The position numbers and the translations under genes were made by a program. From an uncultured bacterium (GTDB lineage Bacteria; Bacillota_I; Bacilli_A; RF39; UBA660), in the NCBI GenBank assembly GCA_949296705.1, contig CASFOW010000035.1, positions 1 through 63,918 on the forward strand: 63,918 nucleotides of DNA. Direction: 5' to 3'. The notes beneath the pieces were generated by a model. That model saw nothing but the letters and a program-made list of their open reading frames with translations, did not search any database and was not told the DNA's origin. Below are positions 51,971 through 62,124 of the stretch, one piece after another (the first letter of the stretch is position 1; every line of letters begins with the position of its first letter).

Positions 51971-52426
51971 ATGATTAAGATAATTTGTATTGGAAAACTA
52001 AAAGAAAAATATTTTCAAGATGCCTGTTATGAATATCAAAAAAGATTAGAAAAATATACAAAATTAGAAATTATCGAACTAGCGGATGAAAAAAGTGATG
52101 ACGAGAAAATTTGTCTACTTAAAGAAAAAGAGCGAATAGAAAAAGTATTAAATCCTAAAGATTATTTGATTACTTTAGAAATCGATGCTCCCCAAGTGGA
52201 TTCCCCTAACCTTTCAGAAAAGATTGATCGTCTTCAAATGCAAAATAGTACAGTTACTTTTCTAATTGGAGGATCCCACGGAATTCATCAAGACTTGAAA
52301 AATTTAGCTAATGAACATCTTTCTTTTTCTAAATTGACTTTTCCTCATCAACTATTTCGCCTTCTTCTTCTAGAACAACTTTATCGAAGCTATAAGATTA
52401 TCCATAATGAAAAATATCATAAATAA
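51971..52426 (+). CDS. rlmH: 23S rRNA m3-pseudouridine1915 methyltransferase
   Basis: IGKLKE, FLIGGSHG, LTFPHQL.R..LLEQLYR, YHK. Confidence 0.97.
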   Translation: MIKIICIGKLKEKYFQDACYEYQKRLEKYTKLEIIELADEKSDDEKICLLKEKERIEKVLNPKDYLITLEIDAPQVDSPNLSEKIDRLQMQNSTVTFLIGGSHGIHQDLKNLANEHLSFSKLTFPHQLFRLLLLEQLYRSYKIIHNEKYHK

Positions 52427-52427
52427 T

Positions 52428-52459
52428 AGAGTACGGTTAAAGAATCGTATTCTTTTTTT
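52428..52459 (+). terminator. Intrinsic terminator after rlmH
   Basis: AGAGTACGGTT-AAAG-AATCGTATTCT followed by a T-run. Confidence 0.75.
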
Positions 52460-52660
52460 AACGAAAGTTAACTATAAGTAAATATTGTCCCCCTTGTTTC
52501 ACTTTTTTCATATAGAAAAAGCCAATTCCCTCATCCATTTAATATACACAAAACTTAAAAAGTCAAATCGAACAGATAAAAAAACAGATACCTATAAAAC
52601 AAAGCTAATTAAGTTTTAATAAATAGAGTCAATATTTCATAGAATAGTACGGGTGATCCT

Positions 52661-53950
52661 ATGGAAATAGTAACCGATATTCTATGGAGTATAGCTACCG
52701 TTTGTCTATTGGGCGGAGGACTTTATTTTTCTTATCGTCTAAATTTTCCTCAGCTTCATTTATTCAAATTATTTAAAACCTGTAAAGGAAAAAGCAAAAA
52801 CACCATTTCTCCATTAGCTAGTTTGAGTATGTCCCTAGCCGCAAGGATCGGTGTAGGCTCACTTGCAGGAATCGCTATCGCTATTTATATAGGTGGTCCG
52901 GGTTCTATTTTTTGGATGTGGATTATCACTATATTTACTTCCATTAATGCTTACTGTGAAAGTTATTTAGGCGCTAAATATCAAGAAAAAGATGGCGATG
53001 AATATAAAGGAGGACCGGCTTATTATATAGATAAAGGATTAAATAAGAAAAAATTAGCTAAAACTTATGCCATTTTGATTATTATTGCCTATATCTTTGG
53101 TTTTATGACTATCCAAGCCAATACAATCACTAAATCTATCAGTGAATATCTACCTATCCCACATATTCTTATTGGCTTTTTTATCGCATTTTTATCCGGT
53201 ATAATCATAGTTAAAGGATTAAACGGAATTGTTCATATAACAAGTAAAATGGTACCGATTATGGGTGTTGGTTACCTTTCGGTGTCGCTTCTAGTGATTT
53301 TTAAAAATTTCAGCCAATTACCAGACATTTTTCAATTAATCGTTACATCAGCATTTGATATCAAAGCAGCATCAACTGGTATTCTAACTACCTTTATTAT
53401 CGGATTACAACGAGGAATATTTTCTACCGAAGCCGGCTTAGGAAGTGGTTCGATAGCATCTTCTACTTCTTTAGTAACTGATAAGGTAGGCCTTGGCTTA
53501 CTACAAATTTTAGGTATTTATTTCACCACTTTTATCATCTGCACCTCAACCGCTATTTTAATTCTGCTTTCTGACTATCAAAACCTTGTCTTTACCAATC
53601 TTAATGGTATCGAAATCACTCAATATGCCTTAACTAAAGAATTAGGCCAATTGGGAAATATCTTTCTAATACTTTCTATTTTCTTCTTTGCTTTTTCTAC
53701 CATTATTGCCGGTTATTATTATGGAGAAAGTAATATCAAATATCTATTTAAAAACAACAGTCATAAACTAGTTCATCTATTAAAAATAGTAACTATATTA
53801 CTCTTAATTATTGGCAGTATAATAAGCCCAACTATTCTATGGAAAACAATTGATACTTTAGTTTCCTTACTTGCAATAATTAATATGTATTGCATGATAA
53901 AAATGCGTAAAGAAATTGTCTTTGATTATCAAAAATCTCTATCCAAATAA
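52661..53950 (+). CDS. Alanine/glycine:cation symporter (AGCS family)
   Basis: LAARIGVG..AG.A.AI..GGPGSIFWMW, GGPAYYI, RGIFSTEAGLGS motifs. Confidence 0.93.
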   Translation: MEIVTDILWSIATVCLLGGGLYFSYRLNFPQLHLFKLFKTCKGKSKNTISPLASLSMSLAARIGVGSLAGIAIAIYIGGPGSIFWMWIITIFTSINAYCESYLGAKYQEKDGDEYKGGPAYYIDKGLNKKKLAKTYAILIIIAYIFGFMTIQANTITKSISEYLPIPHILIGFFIAFLSGIIIVKGLNGIVHITSKMVPIMGVGYLSVSLLVIFKNFSQLPDIFQLIVTSAFDIKAASTGILTTFIIGLQRGIFSTEAGLGSGSIASSTSLVTDKVGLGLLQILGIYFTTFIICTSTAILILLSDYQNLVFTNLNGIEITQYALTKELGQLGNIFLILSIFFFAFSTIIAGYYYGESNIKYLFKNNSHKLVHLLKIVTILLLIIGSIISPTILWKTIDTLVSLLAIINMYCMIKMRKEIVFDYQKSLSK

Positions 53951-53992
53951 ATAAGTTTATATTATAATAAAGACTAGAAGTTAGGTGATAAA

Positions 53993-54658
53993 ATGATAGG
54001 TAATGATTGGGATATAGTATTAAAAGAAGAAATGGAAAAAGACTATTTTGAAGAATTAATTATCAAAGTAAAACAAGAATATCATCAACATACCATTTAT
54101 CCACAACAAGCAGAAATCTTTAAAGCTTTCCGTAATACTAGTTTTTCTGATACTAAAGTCGTTATCTTAGGACAAGATCCTTATCACGGAGAAAATCAAG
54201 CTGAAGGATTATCGTTTTCTGTAAAAAAAGGAATTCAAAAGCCTCCATCACTTCAAAATATTTTTAAAGAATTACATGATGATTTAGGCTGTTGTATTCC
54301 GCAAAATGGTAGTCTTGTTGCTTGGTCTAATGAAGGAGTATTACTGTTAAACAGTGTATTAACCGTTCAAGCACATCACCCAATGTCTCATAAAAACTTT
54401 GGCTGGGAAACGTTTACTGATGCAGTAATCGAAAAGTTAAATCAAAAAGAAAAGCCAGTTGTTTTTATTCTCTGGGGAAGTTACGCAAGAAGTAAAAAGA
54501 AACTAATTACTAACCCTAATCACTGTATTATTGAATCTGCCCACCCTTCACCACTATCTGCTTATAACGGTTTCTTTGGTAGTCATCCTTTCTCTAAAAC
54601 AAATAATTTTTTAGTAAGTAAAGGAGAAAAACCAATTAACTGGGAAATAACTAATTAA
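53993..54658 (+). CDS. ung: Uracil-DNA glycosylase
   Basis: GQDPYH, GLSFS, PPSL.NI, GVLLLN, HPSPLS motifs. Confidence 0.98.
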   Translation: MIGNDWDIVLKEEMEKDYFEELIIKVKQEYHQHTIYPQQAEIFKAFRNTSFSDTKVVILGQDPYHGENQAEGLSFSVKKGIQKPPSLQNIFKELHDDLGCCIPQNGSLVAWSNEGVLLLNSVLTVQAHHPMSHKNFGWETFTDAVIEKLNQKEKPVVFILWGSYARSKKKLITNPNHCIIESAHPSPLSAYNGFFGSHPFSKTNNFLVSKGEKPINWEITN

Positions 54659-54662
54659 TCAG

Positions 54663-54706
54663 AAAAAAAGAATAAGTATCAAAAATTAGAAGTACTTATT
54701 CTTTTT
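54663..54706. terminator. Bidirectional terminator between convergent ung and lemA-like gene
   Basis: AAAAAAAGAATAAGTA...TACTTATTCTTTTT inverted repeat. Confidence 0.75.
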
Positions 54707-55247
54707 ATTTTTCTTTCAAAATCTCAAAAATTTCTACTTTTTCATCCGCATAAAATTCTTTCCGTGGATAATGAAAAATAAGTGCCACAAAATTAGAAGG
54801 GAAACACTTTACTAATTTATTATAAGAAATAATCGTATCGTTATAATATTTCTTTGCCGCAATCAAATCATTATCAATATCGATTAAATCAAAATTAATC
54901 GTATTTAGAGCATCAACTTCTTTTAACCTAGACTCTAAATCTAATAATCCCTTATATTCAGCCATTTGTTTTTCTAATTCTTTATTTAATTCGAAATTAT
55001 TTAATTTCTTATTTTTGATTTTTAATAATCCAGATAAAATCTGATCTTCTTGATATTTAGGATCAAAATCTTCGATAATTTTGACAGTTCTTTCTAATAA
55101 AGTTAATTTTTTTTGTAGAAGAATATCAATATTATTTTCTGCTTCACTGATTCTGATTCTGGCCATTTGAAATTTATTATAATAAATAACCTCGATTAAA
55201 AGTATAATCAATACTAAAATAAGTATTCCGACGATAATATAGTACAT
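54705..55247 (-). CDS. LemA family protein
   Basis: N-terminal TM, YN...........A..NID..LQ, A...YND....YN.....FPSN.VA. Confidence 0.85.
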   Translation of the reverse strand: MYYIIVGILILVLIILLIEVIYYNKFQMARIRISEAENNIDILLQKKLTLLERTVKIIEDFDPKYQEDQILSGLLKIKNKKLNNFELNKELEKQMAEYKGLLDLESRLKEVDALNTINFDLIDIDNDLIAAKKYYNDTIISYNKLVKCFPSNFVALIFHYPRKEFYADEKVEIFEILKEK

Positions 55248-55347
55248 AACATCCCCTCGTATCCTATACCATCATTTTAGCATTGTTTTTTCATTTAGTA
55301 AATTAATTTGTGTAAGGAAAGAAAGAAAATCGCCAGAAAAATTCCTT

Positions 55348-55698
55348 TTAGAAATTAATATCTTCATCAAAGATAGCATAGTTAATATAAACTAACCATA
55401 ATAGAATGGTTTTTCCTTCACTATCTTTTAATAACAAGTAATCTCTACCATCCGCTATGATAATCCCTTTAAAAATGCGATCTCGCCACTCTACAGAGTC
55501 AGGGTAGGAAAGATAAACAGAAACTTGTTTTCCATGGTTCTTAGAAAAAATGGTTTCTGCGTATTGAGGATTAGCCGCCTGTTGTTGCACAATATTTTGA
55601 TAACCTGGGAAATCTGTATAGGGTGGATATGTACTTTGATTGGAAATAAGATTAGGATTAGTTGTAGTTACTCGATTAGAAAAATCTGGATTCATCAA
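55348..55698 (-). CDS. gerQ: Spore coat protein GerQ
   Basis: P/Q-rich N-terminus, then Y.E.I...N.GK, F.G.I...GRD...L.D, L..Y..Y..FDE.I. A sigE-like -10 CATATAGT lies upstream. Confidence 0.85.
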   Translation of the reverse strand: MMNPDFSNRVTTTNPNLISNQSTYPPYTDFPGYQNIVQQQAANPQYAETIFSKNHGKQVSVYLSYPDSVEWRDRIFKGIIIADGRDYLLLKDSEGKTILLWLVYINYAIFDEDINF

Positions 55699-55749
55699 AT
55701 CACCTTCCTATAAAACTATATGAAAGGATTAAAAAAATAGTACATAAAC

Positions 55750-57726
55750 CTAATTTTGTTCTAATATTTGCTCATCCTGCTCTAATAGTTCATCAAAAAC
55801 GGTATCGGTAGTAGAGGGTTCTGTTCCTTTGACATAATACATAATTTTTTTCTTTTCATCCGCATCGGTTGCCGGTTTTCCTGTAATAGGATTCACTAGG
55901 ACACCAACCACATTATTTGGTTGCTTATACCACGCATCCTCTTGGTCTTGCAAGTAACCCTCAGTTGCTTCTACCCAAATATTTCGAGAGTATTTATAGT
56001 CAGATGCCTCAATATCACGGTTATCATCATAGCCAATCCAAACCGCAGTAACAATGTTATGATTGTAGCCAATCGACCAATGATCGGTATTAGTAGTTCC
56101 ACTTTTTAAAGCTAATTTATGCTTAATTTTAGGTGCTATTCCAATTGCTGTAGGGTAATTGTAATCAATAAAAGTGGAATCATAAGTAGAAGTTAATAGT
56201 TCACTTAAAATATAAGTTAAACTTTTATTTAAAATGTTTTCTTTTTCTTCTTTATGTTCATAGAGAACATTTCCCTTTAAATCTTCTACCCTAGAAATTA
56301 AGTATCCTTCTACTTTATATCCTTCATTCGCAAATGCCGAATAAGCAGCAGCCATCTCAATAATATTGATACTAGCTGTACCTAAAGGAAGAGAAGGAAT
56401 TTCTTCTAATTCAGCAGTTATTCCTAAGCGTTTAGAAATATTGACCAAAGCATCTTCGCCTAGAAACATATGAGTTTTAACCGCATAAATATTATCAGAG
56501 TAAGAAATTGCTGTAGCTAAAGAAATTGGTTTATTCCCATATTGATCCCCATAGTTTTGTGGTGAATATGTCTGATTGTTAGAAAAAGTAAATGTAGTTT
56601 GTTCACTAGTAAACGTTGTACTTGAAGTAAAACCATTCTCTAAGGCAGCATAGTAAAGGAAAGGTTTCATCGTTGAACCAACTTGTCTTGCTGATTGATA
56701 AGCTCGATTATATTGACTTTTATTGTAATCTTTTCCTCCTACCAAAGCGAGAATTTTCCCGGTATTTGGATCCATCATGACACTAGCGACTTGTAACTCA
56801 CTATCACCCGTTAAATTATTCTTAATGCTGTTTTCTAAAATACTTTGAGCATTCATATCTAAATTAGTGTAGATTTTAATTCCCCCGGTTTCTAACAAAG
56901 ATTCTGGAATTTCTTCCAAAGAGTTCAACTCTCGCATAACCGCATCTTGATAATACATGATATTGGCTAGTTCTTGAGAATTCTTTTCTCCTACAATAGT
57001 CAATTCTTCTTCCTTTGCTTGATTGTACTCCTCTTCTGTAATTATCTTATTTTTATATAAATTATATAGAATATTTACCTGTCTTTGTTTAGCTAAATCA
57101 AAATTCACAATGGGAGAATAATTAGAAGGAGATTTAGGAATACCTGTAAGCATCGCTGCTTCTGCCCAGTCTAGTTCCGATGCATTTTTATCAAAATAAA
57201 ATTTAGCTGCATTTTGAATACCATACATTCCGTGTCCATAATTAATAGTATTTAAATACCCTTCTAAGATTTCATCTTTATCATAGTGTACTTCTAATTG
57301 TAAAGTAATCCACATTTCCTTTAACTTTCGTTCCCAAGTTTTATCAAAATCAAGAAACAAGTTTTTAGCATATTGTTGAGAAATAGTACTTGCACCTTGA
57401 CTTTTACTTCCGGAAGTAATATTCACAACCATCGCTTTCGCAATTCGTAAAAAGTCAAATCCAAAATGTTGATAAAAGTGCTTATCTTCAGTATAAATCG
57501 TCGCTTGTATTAATTTATCTGAAATATCTTCTAAATTCACCCATTCCTGTGAACCACTTCCTTGAAAAAATAGTTCATTTTGACTGTCATACATTAAAAA
57601 AGCATTTGCGTTTTTGATTTCTAATTTAGGAGACATTTTAATATAAAGAATAACACCCCCAAAAGCTAAAAGGGCAACAATCATCAATAAAACAAAAACT
57701 TTGATGACTTTTTTTAACTTCTTCAT
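55750..57726 (-). CDS. Class A penicillin-binding protein (transglycosylase/transpeptidase, PbpG/YwhE-like)
   Basis: EDKHFYQH.GFD, GASTISQQ, RKLKE; transpeptidase motifs STMK, SDN, KSG. Confidence 0.93.
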   Translation of the reverse strand: MKKLKKVIKVFVLLMIVALLAFGGVILYIKMSPKLEIKNANAFLMYDSQNELFFQGSGSQEWVNLEDISDKLIQATIYTEDKHFYQHFGFDFLRIAKAMVVNITSGSKSQGASTISQQYAKNLFLDFDKTWERKLKEMWITLQLEVHYDKDEILEGYLNTINYGHGMYGIQNAAKFYFDKNASELDWAEAAMLTGIPKSPSNYSPIVNFDLAKQRQVNILYNLYKNKIITEEEYNQAKEEELTIVGEKNSQELANIMYYQDAVMRELNSLEEIPESLLETGGIKIYTNLDMNAQSILENSIKNNLTGDSELQVASVMMDPNTGKILALVGGKDYNKSQYNRAYQSARQVGSTMKPFLYYAALENGFTSSTTFTSEQTTFTFSNNQTYSPQNYGDQYGNKPISLATAISYSDNIYAVKTHMFLGEDALVNISKRLGITAELEEIPSLPLGTASINIIEMAAAYSAFANEGYKVEGYLISRVEDLKGNVLYEHKEEKENILNKSLTYILSELLTSTYDSTFIDYNYPTAIGIAPKIKHKLALKSGTTNTDHWSIGYNHNIVTAVWIGYDDNRDIEASDYKYSRNIWVEATEGYLQDQEDAWYKQPNNVVGVLVNPITGKPATDADEKKKIMYYVKGTEPSTTDTVFDELLEQDEQILEQN

Positions 57727-57905
57727 AAAATCCCTCCAATACTATTTTTAATATGGATTACTTTAAAAAAAATATGTATAAAAACAATAGACTAAAAGTA
57801 AGTAAGAGTAAAAGTTTTTAAAAGGGAAATAAATAAAATAATGGAAAAAAGTAGGAAAATTACATGAGGTATGCTATAATGATGCTTAGATTTCTGGGTG
57901 ATAAA

Positions 57906-58274
57906 ATGAAAAAAGTAAATTTAAGTATTTCACTGATAACACAATCTGAACACGAAGAATATAATTTAACAGGCGAGATAGATGAAAAATTTAATCGTTT
58001 AACTTATGTAGAACCTTCTACCAATATCCATATAGTAATCGATAAAAATGCTAATCAGATGATTAGAGAAAGTGATCATTACCGAATGGTTCTATATTTT
58101 AAAGAAGATGAACGAATTGAAATTTTGTTAAAAGAAGAATCAAAAAAAGGAACAGTAGAAATTAAAACAAAGATATATGAGATTAGTGAAAGTCACTTTC
58201 ATGTCAAGTATCGATTACTCCCATCTAATGAAGAAGTAGAATATATAGTCAATAGTGAAGAGGTGAAAGAATGA
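57906..58274 (+). CDS. DUF1934/YwiB-like beta-barrel protein
   Basis: Beta-rich 122-aa protein coupled to argS, in the ywiB position. Family assignment rests mainly on synteny. Confidence 0.6.
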   Translation: MKKVNLSISLITQSEHEEYNLTGEIDEKFNRLTYVEPSTNIHIVIDKNANQMIRESDHYRMVLYFKEDERIEILLKEESKKGTVEIKTKIYEISESHFHVKYRLLPSNEEVEYIVNSEEVKE

Positions 58275-60016
58275 GTATAATTAGAAATTTAGAACAAGAT
58301 ATTTTAAAAATTATAAAATCATTAGGTTACGATTTAGATAAAGTAAATTTAATTCCTAGTAGTAGAAAAGAATTTGGTGAATATCAAATAAATAATGCCT
58401 TTAGTTTAGCTAAACAGTATCAACAAAATCCCAAAGCAATTGCGGAAAATATCTTAAAGGAATTAGAGAAAGATACAAGGTTTTGTAGCTTAAATATAGC
58501 AGGGGCTGGCTTTATCAATCTCAGTCTAAGTGATGAATTTTATATCGAAGCAATGAATACGATTAAACAAGATATCTATTCTAATATCGATAAGCAAGAA
58601 AAAAAGAAAATCATTATCGATTATGGTGGAGCTAATATTGCGAAAACTCTACATGTTGGTCATCTACGTAGTGCTGATATAGGGGAGGCATTAAAACGTT
58701 TGACCAAATTATTAGGTCATGAAGTAATTGCGGATGTTCACTTTGGTGATATTGGTAGACAATCTGGTATGGTAATTTATGAAATCAAGAGTCGCTATCC
58801 TAATTTGTGCTATTTTAAAGAGAATTATCAAGGCGAAGAGGAAGAACTTCCTATTAAAGTAGAAGATCTTCAAGAAATTTACCCTCTTGCCTCCCAAAAG
58901 GCCAAAGATGATGAAGCAGTAATGGAAGAAGTAAGAACCATCACAATGCAAATAGAACAAGGACATCCAGGATACTCACGCCTTTGGGAAAAAATTAAAG
59001 AATTATCTAAACAAGATATCAAAGGAATTTACAAACGATTAAATGTTGATTTCGACTTATGGGAGGGAGAAAGTGATTGCTACCCTTATATTCCTAAAGT
59101 AATCTCTTTATTAAAAGAGAAAAACTTACTTAGAGAAAGTGAAGGCGCGCTTGTCGTTGATGTCAAACAAGAAACGGATAAAGAACCGATGCCACCATTA
59201 GTAGTCTTAAAGACAAACGGTGGAACCGTATACCAAACAAGAGAACTCGCTACTCTTATTTCTCGTGAAGAACGTTTTAATCCTGATGAGATATGGTATT
59301 TGACCGATAACCGTCAAGAGCTATATTTCAAACAAGTATTTCGTGCTGCCAAACTATCTGGGATTAGTAAAACTACCACAAACTTAGAGTTTTTTGGTTT
59401 TGGAACGATGAACGGTATAGATGGAAAACCATTCAAAACCCGTGCTGGTGGTGTCATGAATCTTACTGATTTATTGGATATGGTTAAACAAGAAATCGAA
59501 AAACGAATTAACATCGATATGGTAGCTGAAGATAAAAAAGAAGAAACAGCGGAAAAAATTACAATTGCGACAATTAAATATGCTGATTTCTTACCATTTA
59601 GAAGTAAGGACTTTATCTTTGATGTTAATAAATTCTCTGATTTAGAAGGAAAGACTGGTCCATATCTACTTTATTCTACTGTTAGAATGAATTCTCTACT
59701 TACTAAGGCCAATTGTGATATTGAAAACTTATATATTAGTAAAATTAAAACTCAAGAAGAAAAAGAAATCTTTCAACTTCTACTTAGAATGCCAATTATC
59801 TTAGAAAATGCTTTCCAAGAAAAATCTTTAAATGATATCAGTGAGTATTTATATAAATTGACAAGTAGTTATAATAAATTCTACGCTGAAAATCATATTT
59901 TAACTTGCGAAGATAACGCCCTAAAAACGAGTTGGCTAGCACTAACTAAGATTGTTTACGATACAAATATTTTATTGCTTGATACATTAGGAATTATGGT
60001 TCCAGAAAAAATGTAA
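58271..60016 (+). CDS. argS: Arginyl-tRNA synthetase
   Basis: GAGFIN, ANIAKTLHVGHLRS, KPFKTRAG, G.TGPYLLY, C-terminal PEKM. Confidence 0.97.
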   Translation: MSIIRNLEQDILKIIKSLGYDLDKVNLIPSSRKEFGEYQINNAFSLAKQYQQNPKAIAENILKELEKDTRFCSLNIAGAGFINLSLSDEFYIEAMNTIKQDIYSNIDKQEKKKIIIDYGGANIAKTLHVGHLRSADIGEALKRLTKLLGHEVIADVHFGDIGRQSGMVIYEIKSRYPNLCYFKENYQGEEEELPIKVEDLQEIYPLASQKAKDDEAVMEEVRTITMQIEQGHPGYSRLWEKIKELSKQDIKGIYKRLNVDFDLWEGESDCYPYIPKVISLLKEKNLLRESEGALVVDVKQETDKEPMPPLVVLKTNGGTVYQTRELATLISREERFNPDEIWYLTDNRQELYFKQVFRAAKLSGISKTTTNLEFFGFGTMNGIDGKPFKTRAGGVMNLTDLLDMVKQEIEKRINIDMVAEDKKEETAEKITIATIKYADFLPFRSKDFIFDVNKFSDLEGKTGPYLLYSTVRMNSLLTKANCDIENLYISKIKTQEEKEIFQLLLRMPIILENAFQEKSLNDISEYLYKLTSSYNKFYAENHILTCEDNALKTSWLALTKIVYDTNILLLDTLGIMVPEKM

Positions 60017-60114
60017 AAAAATAGGTTGCTTTTCTATAGAAATAATGGTATAAGTTTAGATGATAATTTTAAAATGAAAAATAATTTTGTTTTAGATAAA
60101 TAGGAGGACAAAAT

Positions 60115-60552
60115 ATGAGTTTAAAAGATATGAAAAAAGAAGATTTAGAACTTTTATCATATAAAGACATTACGAATTTGTTACTAGAAGAAAAAGGCGA
60201 ACAAAATACCGCTAATCTATTTAAGAAAATCATTAAATTATTGGAATTACCTGATGCTGTTTTCGATCAAAAAATAGGAGATTATTATACTTCACTAACG
60301 ACAGATAAACGTTTTATTCTATTGGAAGATGGAAAATGGGATCTTAGAAGTAGACATACTTCTGATAAGATTATCAAAATTGTCGATGAAGAAGATGATG
60401 AAGACTTAGAAGCAATCAACGAAGAAGAAGAGGAAGAAGAAGCTGAAGAGTTCGACAGTATGGATAGTGATGATGATATCGATAACTCAGATGATGAAGA
60501 TTTAAAAGATTTAGTCGTATTGGATGAAGATGAACTAGAATTAGATCAATAA
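60115..60552 (+). CDS. rpoE: RNA polymerase delta subunit
   Basis: YT.L..D.RF......WDLRS followed by a highly acidic tail. Confidence 0.93.
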   Translation: MSLKDMKKEDLELLSYKDITNLLLEEKGEQNTANLFKKIIKLLELPDAVFDQKIGDYYTSLTTDKRFILLEDGKWDLRSRHTSDKIIKIVDEEDDEDLEAINEEEEEEEAEEFDSMDSDDDIDNSDDEDLKDLVVLDEDELELDQ

Positions 60553-60602
60553 TTCTAGTTTTCTTTTCTAAGTATGATATAATGTTTGTAGGTGAATTAG
60601 AT

Positions 60603-61604
60603 ATGAATTTTATTGAAAAAATAAAGATGCGAGCTAAAACTAAAAAAATGAAAATAATTCTTCCTGAAACTATGGATGAAAGAGTACTAGAAGCCGCATC
60701 TATCGCACTTAAAGAAGAGTTGGCGGATATTATTTTAATTGGCAATAAAACGGAAGTAGAAAAAAAATCGCCACATTTAGACTTAAGTAAAGCAGATTTT
60801 ATTGATCCAAAAACCTCGAATTTAACTGAACAATATACTAAACAATTAGCCGAGTTAAGAAAAAATAAGGGAATGACACTAGAAGAAGCCAACCGTTTAT
60901 TAACAGAAGATTACGTGTACTTTGCTTGCATGTTAGTGTATAATCATCAAGCAGATGGCGTTGTTTCTGGAGCATGTCATTCGACCGCCAATACGTTGAG
61001 ACCATCTCTTCAAATTATAAAAACCAAACCAGGTTGTGAACTTGTATCAGCATTCTTTTTAATGGTGGTACCAGATTGTCCTTATGGAGAGAAGGGAACC
61101 TTTATTTTCGCCGATTCTGGCTTGGAACAAAATCCCGATTCTGAAAAGTTGGCTTCTATTGCGAAATCAAGTGCCGAAAGTTTTGAACTATTAGTCGAAG
61201 CAGAACCAATTGTGGCCTTTTTATCCCATTCCACTAAAGGTAGTGCCAAACATGCTGATGTTGATAAAGTAGTAAAAGCAGTAGAAATTGCTAAGAGTAA
61301 ATATAAAGAATATAAAATGGATGGTGAACTTCAACTAGATGCTGCCATTATAGAAGAAGTTGCTAAATCTAAGGCACCAAATAGCGAAGTGGCCGGTCAT
61401 GCTAATGTCTTGATTTTCCCTGATTTAGATGCAGGAAATATTGGTTATAAACTAGTACAACGCTTAGCTAAAGCCGAAGCATATGGACCAATTACACAAG
61501 GAATCAATGCGCCAATTAACGATTTATCTCGTGGGTGTTCAAGTGAAGACATTGTAGGTGTCATCGCCATTACTGCAGTTCAAGCTCAAGCAACGAAAAA
61601 GTAA
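60603..61604 (+). CDS. pta: Phosphate acetyltransferase
   Basis: IILPE..DERVL.AA, DGELQLDAA, FPDLDAGNIGYK, DLSRGC motifs. Confidence 0.97.
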   Translation: MNFIEKIKMRAKTKKMKIILPETMDERVLEAASIALKEELADIILIGNKTEVEKKSPHLDLSKADFIDPKTSNLTEQYTKQLAELRKNKGMTLEEANRLLTEDYVYFACMLVYNHQADGVVSGACHSTANTLRPSLQIIKTKPGCELVSAFFLMVVPDCPYGEKGTFIFADSGLEQNPDSEKLASIAKSSAESFELLVEAEPIVAFLSHSTKGSAKHADVDKVVKAVEIAKSKYKEYKMDGELQLDAAIIEEVAKSKAPNSEVAGHANVLIFPDLDAGNIGYKLVQRLAKAEAYGPITQGINAPINDLSRGCSSEDIVGVIAITAVQAQATKK

Positions 61605-61662
61605 GAAAAATCTTGCTTTTTTTCTTTTCTCTATTATAATAATAACCATTAAGGAGGATAAA

Positions 61663-62031
61663 ATGGAACAAGAAATTAAGAAGAAAATTAGTCGTTTAAT
61701 GATCACACCAGGACTGATTATCATTAGTGGAATTATTGGCTACAATATTGGGCTAAACAAAGCAAAGGATGAAACAACGTTATTAGAAGGAAGTCTCCAA
61801 AAAACCTTTTATACAGAGATAAATAACGCTCCTGCTATCGTTAGATCTCAAAGTATTTTTGGAGGTTATCAAGATATTCTAACCAATGCCCCTGTAAATT
61901 ATCAGGATACAGAAAATCTAATTCCGATATATCAAGAAATTCCAGCAGATATTTTATTTTTACCTGATAATCAAGAAGGAAAGAAAGAATTGGTCAAATA
62001 TTTACAAGAAAAAAATTTGGATACTGAATAG
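61663..62031 (+). CDS. Hypothetical membrane-anchored protein
   Basis: AAGGAGG RBS before the ATG at 61663; one N-terminal TM segment. Confidence 0.7.
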   Translation: MEQEIKKKISRLMITPGLIIISGIIGYNIGLNKAKDETTLLEGSLQKTFYTEINNAPAIVRSQSIFGGYQDILTNAPVNYQDTENLIPIYQEIPADILFLPDNQEGKKELVKYLQEKNLDTE

Positions 62032-62124
62032 AAGCTTCTTTGTACATAAAGTGATATTAAAATTTGCGATTATCTATAATTTATTGTAAAATAACGCCAT
62101 CTATAAAAGAAGGGGAGATAATTT

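Noticed and set aside
52400-52660. SCC-like element integrated at the rlmH (orfX) 3' end
   Set aside because: rlmH is followed by a terminator and an AGCS transporter. No recombinase or repeated att sequence was seen.
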